Assembly (NCBI GenBank): GCA_000934665.2
Contig: KZ538481.1
Span: forward strand, 46,907-66,906
Length of the DNA: 20,000 nucleotides
Reading direction: 5' to 3'
Origin: Catajapyx aquilonaris
Lineage: Eukaryota
Below the pieces are notes generated by a model. The model saw only the letters and a list, made by a program, of their open reading frames with translations, ran no database searches and was not told the origin of the DNA. Every line of letters starts with the position of its first letter. Position 1 is the stretch's first letter. The position numbers and the translations under genes were made by a program. Of the stretch, positions 9,731-20,000 are shown in pieces.

Positions 9731-12700
9731 TTAAGCGCTAAATTTCTTTCTGAACCCCCTCAGAGAAATGAGAGTCACGGACACCAAAATGATGAACCAA
9801 ACAATTACAGAGACATAACCTTGCCATACAGTAGTGTTGTATATGGTCCATCCTCTGGTAAACATGCTTCTAAGGGCCTCGTTAACAAACGTGTTTGGAT
9901 TCATGTAACACAACAACTTTACCGGAAGAAAGAAGACGCCCTCGATGGGCCATACGACCCCGCTCATAACATGGCTAAATATCATTATGCTGACGCAAAA
10001 AAACACTGCCATTATCAAGGTTGAGAGAGTGACTCCCATGAAGATACCAAACATACTGGCACACATCCCGTGCAAAATACATAGAAGAAACAGCCAAGGT
10101 GAGGAACTGTAGAAAGGGAAGCCTAAAAGGAAATAAATCACTAGGGTCATGCATATGGAGGTGTATGTGACTATGAACATCTGTGTGGTCAGCTGGGCCA
10201 GGATCAGCTCCCAGTGACGTACACCTAGAAAAAAAATGTAAACATTTAAAAATTCGTAAATTATTATTATTTGTTTGTTTGGGAAATAGGCTACAGCATT
10301 ACCTGCTACTATTATCCTTTGCACCATTCCGTCTTCTTTTTCCCACATAATGTTGGCCATCGATGATACCAGAATGATTCCAAATATAGCACTGAAAAAT
10401 GATAAGTGTTACAATGTGTGCGTACGTTTTTTTTGTCTATTTCTGTATACCATATTGTTTTTCCTTCATTCTTTGACTTACTTGGCCAGTGCAGCCGGAG
10501 CGCTGAAGTGAGTAAACGCTGCGTCATTGGTTCCATATATCGGCTTTCCAAAGTTCATTGGGGATACTCCCATTACAGGGTTCATGTCGCACGTGGCGAG
10601 CATCTCTTGCATGAAATCAGAGTATTTCAACAGCAAGTGCCTCTGAATTAGAAGTGCAATGTGGTAATCTGCATTGAAATTTGAAAGATTGATTAATATA
10701 ATAATTAATCTCAAACACCAATATTACTCATGGCACTTACTGCTCATGTCCATTCGGAGTGTGGAAAATGAGTTTTGCAGAGTGGTGTTGTCCACATTGA
10801 GTCCCGATAGAAACTTTTCAGTGACGCTATCAGAATAGTTAGCAGGAAATGTAATTACGCCCGCTACGTCACCATTTTTCGCTGCAAACTCCGCTGCCGA
10901 TTCGTTATAATACGGTACCTGAAACACCAATAAAAATGGTTCAAAATTTCTTTAACAGCTTCATGTTTATATCAAGTACAAGATTATAAGTACAGAGTGA
11001 TCGAAAAAGAATGTCCCAATCTGAAAACCCTATAACTCGGAAACTTGTAGATATATCTGAGTGATTGAAGTTTTGAAATGCTAAGAAATGTCTAAGTTTT
11101 GGTCTCACCTTAGTCTGGTTCGATATGACGTTCATGTGTCGCTTGGCAGATAAAAAAGGTGGTAATCTGTGTTGTGCCAAACCCTATATCAATCATATCT
11201 GGAGCTACCGTTGCCAAACCGTTGCAATCCTATCCCGTATGTGCTGGATATCTTGGGTGTTTACACCACACACATGGTTCTTGATTAATCACATAGAAAG
11301 TCGCCTCATTCATGAAACAAACCTGCCGTAGAAAAGTTTCATTTGTTCAGCCTCCCAATGTGCGAAGACTTTAATGAGAAGTTTTGCCATGCCTAGCCTC
11401 TCCAGAAGGGCAGATATTACCCCGGAGGACTTTTTTGTGGAGATACATGTATGGTGAAAAGATCCGGCATCACCAGCACCTACGTGATAAGATTATAACG
11501 GTAACGCCAGACATGCCTGAGCGGGTTTGGCACGACACCTATAACCGTATTAAAATTTTTTGACCGACAAATGGAGCTCGTATCGAAACAAATTGTGGTA
11601 AGCCCAAAACTGTAGAGAGGGATGTAGACACTTCTGAGAATTTCAAAACTTAAATCATTAAGACACGTCTACAAGTTTTCGAGTTATATAGTTGTCAAAT
11701 TGGGACATTATTTTTCGATGACCCTGTACTTCAGGTAGGCCTACTCATTATAGGACGTTATGTCACTATTTTTGTCTGAAGAATGTGATGACGAGTGAGT
11801 TTATGAAAGACTTACCAAATTGACCACATTCTTGTCGAGTCCATCCAAATACCTGCAACTCAAGTTCAGAAACAGACAGTCGTCGAATGGCTGGCAGATT
11901 GGGTCATTCGGCCATTCGTGGTTCACCACAGCCAGGTTAGTTTTCCGAGGGTTTGGTCCAAGTGTAAAACAGACTAAGAACATCAAAATGGGACCAATAT
12001 TCATTATGGTAAGTGTTGGACTGGAATAAAATTCCACATCATTAATCTCACGCCAGAAGTCGCAGGAAAGCTCATGCCAACAACCTGGGCCTACCTGTAG
12101 TCACGCCATAGCCGTGTGAAGTTCTTCCTAAGCATGGCTGCAATGTGATTCTTGGAAGAACCGGTTCTTAACTGACTCTTCTGATGCACAGAGGCTTTGG
12201 AAGCAATGATCACTTCTCTCTCGGCCTTCTTCCCAAGCTCAGTGGGCTGGAGGTCAGACCTGTTGTTCATGGCGATGTCTTCGTCGTCGTTCACACACAG
12301 TGTCAGGAAGACATCTTCCAGTTTTGTAGCCCCGTACTGTCGCATGAGTGTGCCTGGTTCATCCTGTGCTAAAAGACGGCCATTTCTCATCATGCCCACA
12401 GTGTCTGCTTGCCTTGCTTCCTCGATGTAGTGGGTGGTGATGATGACTGTTACCTTGTTAACAGAGGCCACATGTCGAAGATACTTCCACAACCTGTAGG
12501 GGACAATTTTTATAAAATTCTCTGCGCATAATGCATATCACGTAACTTACATTTCCCTCAATATAGGATCCACTCCCACTGTGGGTTCGTCCAAAATGAG
12601 CAGCCTTGGCTCGTGGAGTAACGCAATTGCAAAAGACAACCGCTTCTGTTGTCCGCCACTGTATGGTCAATTACAATGTGAATAAAGAACACAATAACCA

Positions 12701-15364
12701 TGCATCAGTTACTACCTGAGGGTGTGAATGTGCCTTATTTTCGGCGGAAGCTGCAACAACTTGAGCAGAAATGTAAGCCTCATCTCGATGTCTGATTCGC
12801 TCATTCCGTATATGCGACCAAAGTAGTGAATAATTTCCTTAATTGTCAGTGCCTGGGACAGACCTTTCTCTTGAGGCATGTATCCAACCACGGGTCCTGG
12901 GACACCACATTCGGCAGTGTTGGGTTCCAATCCGAATATTCGGATATGTCCAGAGTGCAAGTACTTGTCCCCAACAATGCAGGAGAGCACTGTGGTCTTC
13001 CCGCATCCACTGGCGCCAAGAAGGGCGTAGCTGAAATGACAAGTGAAGGTTCAAATAAGACCTAAGGTCAAATACTGCAGTTGGTGTAATTGAGTAACTA
13101 ACGTACATTTTTCCTTCCTCCACTGTCATATCGAATTTCTTCAGGACATAATGGGCTTTGGCACCTCTTTCGTACGATTTGACGGCTTTGGAGAATACAA
13201 CCGCATCGGTACCGGTGCTCTTCGGAAGGACCCCGTCGCCTGTACCCATGTTTACTGCCTGTTAAGCAAGATAAAACGATTGATTAGGCTCATAATGGTA
13301 CACCCGGAACAAGTTATAGGGAAACACCGTGATTAACCTTCAGGAAATTCAACTCTTATTCTGACTCAACTTTTATAAAGCGTAAAAATGTCATGGGCAA
13401 GGCCCATTGATAATCATGATTGTACTTATTTTGCGTGCTAAAATTTCGACATTTGGTGTGGACTAGTTCTCTTCCGGATGCTGACCTCTGGAAACTCCAT
13501 TTTTGATGGAAATCCCACAGGTTGACGGCCTTTATTGCGCAGCTAATTACAACTTGTTAACCTTCTACTGAAGGATAGGCTACTTCAGTAATATAAATGT
13601 CAGAGAAATCGCTTAGAATTAATTAATGCTTTTGCAACTTGCACTGTCTTGCCTGATGTTGATACCTTGTATTGTGTTCATATAATCATGCAATATATAA
13701 CAAGTTACGTTTGTATGCTATAATGATATATTCTGTAGTTATTTGAATGCTATTCACGTATAAATTCATGCGAAGCATGTGTCGTAAAGGTACATTTTTT
13801 TGCTCTAAAACGTATTGCTGTGAATCGTATTTTAGTGTATGTAACACATGACAATCCTATCAGATTGGAAGCAATTTCTTTAAGAAGTGTCGAGTTGAAA
13901 GCAGTTGGATAAAAGAGAGACTGAAAAAATGCAATCAGAAAATGCCAATACTAATTAAGGGATTATTCCCACAATTTATGATGATTATGTAATCCTTTGT
14001 TCCTACTTTTGCGGTCTCATTATATAAAATAGCAAGGTTAACTTGTTCATAAAATTCTGACTGCTTGGTTTGGCCGGATTTTCTTGTGTAACATTGCTAA
14101 TGACTCATGATGTACGTAGTATATCAAGCAGTTAATCTGTTCGTCTGCAATAAGTAGCAATATAAATCGTCGTCACTAAGCTTTGTGCCTGGTACTTGAT
14201 AGTTTCATACTCAAAATTCCTCGACTCATATATTTTAGAAGCTGCAAGAACCTTATAATATTGCCTATAATATTACAAATCAATCAGTAAATGTCGATAG
14301 TGCCTGAAGTCATACTTTTTGTTTTTGTACCCCGCGCTAGGGCCCTAGGCCCTCTTAGGGGAGTGGCATACCACCATCCGGTGCAGAGGACAGGGATAAT
14401 GAGGGGGGGGGGGGNNNNNNNNNGGGGGGGGGGGGGGACCCAACCTTTTCGGGCCTTCGTGCCCCTTTGAGAGCAGTTGGTCCTTCTTGTACCCCCTACC
14501 AGGATAAAAAATTTACCGAATCCTTGCCATTTAACTAATCGGTGATAATCGTGATAACTACCTTATAATCAATATTTTGGGACCAGGAATATGATGAAGT
14601 GAAAGAGACATTTTTCCGATTATAATCCAGCTATATTTTTCTTTGTGCAAGCCACTTATGGGCTGGGCTATGTCAAAAATGGCTCGACTTGGACTCAGAG
14701 GTACTTAGCTCCGTACCCCCAGGAGGGGCACCTAGTAACCCTGGTTGGGAAGAATGGGAACCCCTGCACTACAGTATCTAATCTTGATCATAGCATGTAC
14801 GGTGTAGGCCTACGAATTACTTTTGTTGCTTTTCATTAGTTATCTCAATCCGATTTCCACAACAACATTAACCAAGATATGCCTGACTTAGTTTTTGTTT
14901 AATGTCTTAAATATTGTTTTTATGAGCAAATGAAAAACTAACGCAATAACTAACTACACTGCACTCCCGATTATCCGGGCTTGCCGGATAATCGGAAAAT
15001 ACTGATAATCCGAAAATGGTCCTAGATACCATAAAATGAGCTATTCAGAGATTTTAATTAATTACTGCTAAGGTTTAATCAAAATAAAACATATAAATAA
15101 TTTTTAGCTTATCTTCTGTAGAAAAAGTCTGTCATATTTTCTTTGTTTGCGAGACATTCGCATTTTTACGAACTTTTCTCTTGCAATGTACGGATAATCC
15201 GAAACACCGGATAATCGGGAGTACAGTGTATGTAACATTTATGTGAGTGTTCCGAAATTAACATTTTATGATTTTAAATACTAAATTTAAAGTTCTAATT
15301 TTTAAAGTCTGGTTAATTGTTCAGGTGTCCCTTATAACGGACGCTCGGAAAATATGGGCTAAAA

Positions 15365-15432
<68 letters not shown>

Positions 15433-15608
15433 CCGAAAAGTGGACCGGTCTGACTAAGTGGTGCGTCGTAAAACTCATTTGGTGAAAATGTGAAAAACTG
15501 AATAATATTCAAAATTTACCTAAACTGATGATCAAAAATATTTGCTCCCACGGTCAATGATCTGTTTAAGTCACCAACTTCAATAGCACTTACCTGTTCA
15601 TGCGACAT
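9731..15608 (-). CDS. ABCH: ABCH-type ABC half-transporter, copy C (complete; ~705 aa from ATG 13249, ~713 aa with micro-exon)
   Basis: Exons (minus): [15594-15608 inferred], 13107-13258 (proximal ATG 13249), 12716-13030, 12551-12658, 12095-12493, 11816-12020, 10741-10918, 10482-10668, 10303-10391, 9731-10224 (TAA). Exon lengths and NBD motifs match copy B, and all introns are GT-AG. Intron 10919-11815 is enlarged by a transposon. Confidence 0.93.
10993..11726. mobile_element. Non-autonomous Tc1/mariner element (734 bp) in an intron of copy C, with long imperfect inverted arms containing decayed transposase C-termini
   Basis: TA flanks (10991-92, 11727-28). Ends are CAGAGTGATCGAAAAAGAATGTCCCAAT and the reverse complement CAGGGTCATCGAAAAATAATGTCCCAAT. 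Inverted similarity extends more than 200 bp. Absent from the matching 153-nt intron of copy B. Confidence 0.88.
14316..14414 (-). mobile_element. Retroposon 3' fragment whose tail resembles the SINE tail
   Basis: Minus strand CCCCTAAGAGGGC..CCCTAGCGCGGGGTACAAAAACAAAAA versus SINE CCCCTAAAAGGGCTCCCCCTATCGCGGGGTACA-A tail. Absent at the paralogous site of copy A (~1553). Confidence 0.6.
14415..14423. other. Assembly gap (9 N inside a G run)
   Basis: N run flanked by poly-G. Confidence 1.
14434..14766. mobile_element. hAT(Charlie)-like MITE, left end disrupted
   Basis: Ends ..GGGGACCCAACCTTTT and GGTTGGGA..GGGAACCCCTG, resembling CAGGGGTTCCCAACC-type TIRs. Internal GTACCCCC motifs. Absent in the copy A paralogous region. 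Confidence 0.55.
14957..15228. mobile_element. pogo/Tigger-like (Tc1/mariner superfamily) MITE, 272 bp
   Basis: 22-bp TIRs CACTGCACTCCCGATTATCCGG / CCGGATAATCGGGAGTACAGTG (1 mismatch). TA on both sides (14955-56, 15229-30). Repeated subterminal (C)GGATAATC motifs. Confidence 0.85.
15368..15433 (+). repeat. (CAA)n microsatellite
   Basis: Direct reading, ~22 units. Confidence 0.95.
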
Positions 15609-17931
15609 TCAGGAGCTGCTGTAGACCTCCTGCTCCGACCACTTCTTGGTTCAAAGTAAAGGCCATGTGGCTACCCCCATGTCCTCTCCCCGTCCTCCCT
15701 CCTTCACTGTTGGCCGAGGAAAATCCTAATAGTATCGCTGATGGGTTAGTCATTATTAAACTCGTTTAGAACCGCCCACTGTTTCTCCTCCCTTTTATGC
15801 AACCTTCTAGTCCAAGGATTCTGTCCAGAGAGTGTGTTCACACTTCACAGTATGACCATGACCTTCTAATGCGTTCACCTAAAGAGGAATTTCAGTATGT
15901 ACTGGATATTCCTAGTTTCAATTAAATAGTACAATCACTATAAGTGGTAGAATATTAAACGATTGAAATGTATTAATCTTGATTAGGAAACACGCGCATT
16001 ATATATGTCGAGGTTACCTTCACGTGTCTTGAGGACAACGAACGAGACCAGTAAATAGTGGAGGACCTTCAGTGTGACAGCAATATCTTAAATGAAGAGT
16101 TGGAACTGGTTTGCTAAATTTGGGATTAAAAACAAAGGAATATGCGAAATTTTTGGCTTGGAAGTAAGTACAGTACATGATACGCCATAAGTGTAATTAC
16201 AGCACAGATACGCTTGAGTAAGTTACTCTCACGTGTGTTTAGACGCATCATTCATCATCTTCCAAGCTTTTCTTAGCCCAAGGTCACACATGTCATTGTC
16301 CCTTGTTGCATACAGTACTTGCACCACATATTTTCAGTAACATTGCCTAAACAAAATGTGTACAAAAATATTGGAAAACTGGTTTTAATTCCAACACGTT
16401 GCGGTTCTTGAGTGTAATTTTTTGGGGGTCGGATTTACGTGACGTCACAAGAAACTCCCTGGACCGGAAAGCCGAGCACGAGGTTGTTTTATGACCTACC
16501 TCAATCCTTGGGCTGTGAAGGTTACCCCGAATCTCTATAGAGAGCTAGGCGGATTACTCAAGGATACAGTTTTTACTGGAAAGGTCAGTTCTGCAGTCAC
16601 GTCTCTTGGTTTTTATGCTGTGCATGTGAGTCCAAAAATAAAAGGCAATTAACATAATCTATAAACAATGCAAGAGATATGTATAAATTATCCCTTCATT
16701 TTTTTAAAAATAATTCAGGCTAGCATATTATGTAAATTGCAATATTGAGGACAGAAAATCCTCATTACAACATATTGAGCTGCTGCATTGTTTTACTCGT
16801 ACCAGAGTTGCCTGTAAGTGTTTGAAGCAATTTATTGTTAATTATTATTTTTTGTACTTTCCTACATTTTGGGAATATTTTCCCACACTGAGCCTTCAAT
16901 AATTAATTAATAAGTTAATTCTGAGCTGAATATTTATTTTTCAGATGTATCGGCCTTCCCAGCTGCGTTTAATGATTATATCACAAGTTGCAATGCCGTA
17001 ATGACTGTATGCCGTAATGCACTTTTCGCAATGTGCCACACGTGCTGGCAAATATACATGCGAATCGTGTCCATCACTATAACACTTCGATCACACGTGT
17101 AATTTTCATCAGAACTTGGCAAAATTACAATAAGTGTTCGTGACCTTGGGTCTTTCCAGAAAGGAATAAAATCAAGCGCACGTTATAATCTATATGATTG
17201 ACTAGTATCCAATTTGATGCGTAGTTTTAATTAGATAACGATCTGGCCATGTCATATACGTAAAACGTAAGCACAAGTCGTAAACAACGCAGAAGAACGA
17301 TATAAATGTTCAATCATTAGTCACCATTGCACGAGTGATGAAATGGGATCAAACTGAACTACTTAAGTTATAATATTCAAATATTATAAACTGGTAGTTG
17401 GGAGGACCATGTTTTGCTAATTTTGACATAATTTTATCCTAATAACTGGAATAACTCCTGGACCTTTGCCTGTACCCACATCAAGAGATGAAAATTATAC
17501 AAACTCTTTGTTATTGTTTACGATACTGTTGCTATACGCTTATTTGCTCGCAGAGACTTGCAAAAACGTGCTCCATCTGCTCAAAATAGCTCTTTCCGCA
17601 ATCTATACATAAAAAACTTGCCTGGGAATATTAATAATTGCTTTCGTGTCTAACCTACCTCAACATTTCTAGCTGTGACATTGAACATTTGTATGTGAAA
17701 AAAAAACATATGGGCAACAGAGGATTTCCGTCACGTGAACAGTTCTTATTCCTGGAAGTTAACGTTGTCAGAAGAGGGGAAAATCCTTGCTTTACAACTC
17801 ACCTGACCTTGAAGATTTGTTTAAATGTATTAAAAATTAGTGGACATTGGCTAATATTTCCTTGTGGGCAAAATACTCTATGCAACACTTCATATTCCAC
17901 CCCTATTATTATATTTCTATTTTTATTATTC

Positions 17932-18019
17932 AGTAGTAGTAGTAGTAGTAGTAGTAGTCGTAGTAGTAGTAGTAGTAGTGGTCGTCGTAGTAGTAGTAGT
18001 AGTAGTCGTCGTCGTCGTC

Positions 18020-18060
<41 letters not shown>

Positions 18061-18076
18061 CGTCGTCGTCGTCGTC

Positions 18077-18134
<58 letters not shown>
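17932..18134 (+). repeat. Compound (AGT)n/(CGT)n microsatellite
   Basis: Direct reading; AGT runs interrupted by CGT blocks. Confidence 0.97.
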
Positions 18135-20000
18135 CCTTTTTGCAAAAACCACATAAATTATGTATAAAAATGTCACTTTTCAGGAGACACAAAAAACATT
18201 CCCTGCTTTTCAAAATGTAATTTTCATAGACGAAAAAAATAGTGACTAATGTACACACTGATGTATAACATATCGTGATATGAAGTTACAATATCTGAAA
18301 TCAGGAGTAGTGCTGAAACAAAATTTCCAGACGTATTTTGACATAATTATGATGTTTTTGCATAAAACCCTTCAACGAATAATAATCTGTGTGGTAAAGG
18401 AAAGATTAGCATTTTGGCAGAGTTGGTAGGAAGTTATTGCGATTTGTCCGTTGAGAAGGTCAGTTTTTCGACCTAACAGAAACCTGATTCTGACAAAAAC
18501 TGGATCTGTAGGTTTGTGAACTGCGCAGAAGGACAAAAGAAACACGCATTCTTGCCTCCTGATTGGTGGAATAGCATGTGATGAAAAGTGGCTGGAATAT
18601 CCTTCGAGTCAGACTCGGATATTCCTTGAATATATGTCATGCAGATAATTATTTAAAGAAATATATATATGATGGTGGCGGTCACGGAAAGGGGCAATGA
18701 TGTTGGGAAATGAAACTTTGAACAAAAGGTAGGCGTCCAGCCATGGAAAAACCAGATTTGGAAAGGTCACTTGAATGTTTTTTTCTCCCGGATATGTGTA
18801 GCTGACTTGATCAATTTGGTGTACTTATTTGGTCATATTTGTGTGAATTAATTTTGATTTATTCAACGTGAAATTAATGCCAGATGTTAATATTGAAAAT
18901 TCATTTGCTACATTATCAACAATTTATTTCTACACCCTTTTGGATTTTAATATTGCACGTTCATAATTATATTACAGTTGTAACAAACACAAACACAACA
19001 TCGGTACACTGTACATTTCACGCTCTCAAATAATATGAACGTATGACTTTACGTTACTGATACCGTAAATTGGTCACTCATAATTTTCATGGTGTTTGGT
19101 AGTATAAACATTCTGCATAAGGCAGGAAATATTTGACAGTAAATAGTCATTTACTACTGTAACCATTTTCTATGTATGGAGTTTTTTTAAACACGTTATT
19201 GTCTTTATTGTAAGCTACTTTTGCTGTACAGTACGTCCTATGCTCACGTCGATACAGTATTATGAGCCTCCACTGTTACTCCACTGTTACTCATGGCTTA
19301 TTTTCAAAACCTTTTCCACTCCATAGGAGGGGAAAAAAACCACTCCGACAATCCACTGTAAAATTTATAATATTGAAGTCTATGTATACGATATGGCAAC
19401 ATATTAATCCATTTGAGATAGGCTATATACTCCGTGCACAATACCAGGTTACGGAGTAAGATAATAATGTATAGTGAATCAAAAGGTGTTGGAAAAATAA
19501 CTGAATTGCCCATAAAATATATTTGGACCTTCATGAGAATCGTTTCCTTACAATGATGATTCTTTCTCAAGTTGCATTTTTAGTACTGGCCTAATTGTTT
19601 TGCTATTGTAGCAAAAAATATTAGAGTCTCAAAGGAATATATAGTGAAGTGCCAGTTTTCTGAGAACATCATGAGAGCTCACACAGGATGTCATCGTAGT
19701 CAGAAACAAGGGACATATTGAGAGTCAGACATTATACTTGCCCTGATCTGAAAATATTGGGACACCCCCAAAAAATGGAGTGGTGGGGTTATACACAGGA
19801 TGTGATAAAAGGTTTCCATTAAGATTATCTGGACTTTAGAATGGATAATTATGAATAGTAACAATTGAGCTAGGAGGATACCAAATTTGAAGTTCATTTG
19901 ATAGTTAACAACTGAAATAAATACGATTATACCTTGGACAGTGAATTTCTGTGGGGTCTGGTAAAAATTGCTGCCACTCTGTTTATTTCTTACTTAGCGG

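Noticed and set aside
4550..13249. Bacterial ABC-2 operon or recent horizontal transfer
   Set aside because: ABCH proteins are known to resemble prokaryotic ABC-2 systems, but these genes have phase-consistent spliceosomal introns and eukaryotic repeats.
4547..13336. Plus-strand ORFs duplicated between copies (e.g. 4547-4843, 6265-6511, 6907-7146, 9728-10024)
   Set aside because: Antisense shadows of ABCH exons; their conservation is explained by the sense gene.
15268..15512. Poly-Q and poly-C ORFs
   Set aside because: Artefacts of the (CAA)n tract within inferred intron 1.
16441..16990. Possible plus-strand exons (GTGAGT ~16626, GTAAGT ~16814, TTTCAG ~16944)
   Set aside because: Splice-like motifs without an ORF or any other support.
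17638..18258. Poly-S/V/L/T/Y ORFs in five frames
   Set aside because: Artefacts of the (AGT)n/(CGT)n microsatellite.

Overview
Eukaryotic, AT-rich, intron-containing DNA, most likely from an arthropod. It holds a minus-strand tandem array of ABC half-transporter genes with NBD-then-TMD architecture, matching subfamily H (ABCH). Copy C (9731-15608) and copy B (4550-7987) are complete and open (~705 aa from the proximal ATG, ~713 aa with an upstream micro-exon). Copy A is cut by the left edge (39-2292). All splice junctions could be read by eye and keep frame. The spacers and introns carry many small mobile elements, several confirmed by empty sites in a paralogous copy: a tRNA-Gly-derived SINE, a TG..CA solo-LTR-like insert, a pogo/Tigger-like MITE, hAT-like MITEs, an 83-bp TPRT stub, and a Tc1/mariner element built from two inverted transposase 3' ends. 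There are also microsatellites and two N gaps. Most notable: (i) a hidden 15-nt start micro-exon (MSHEQ) in all three copies, with a GC donor in copy B and a second diverged candidate first exon (MSHKQ) upstream of it; (ii) mosaic paralog divergence, with the NBD nearly identical and changes clustered in two TM segments; (iii) the palindromic transposase-tail MITE; (iv) a ~24-bp-period motif array. No prokaryotic system or CRISPR is supported. All identities and translations were done by eye, with no database searches.
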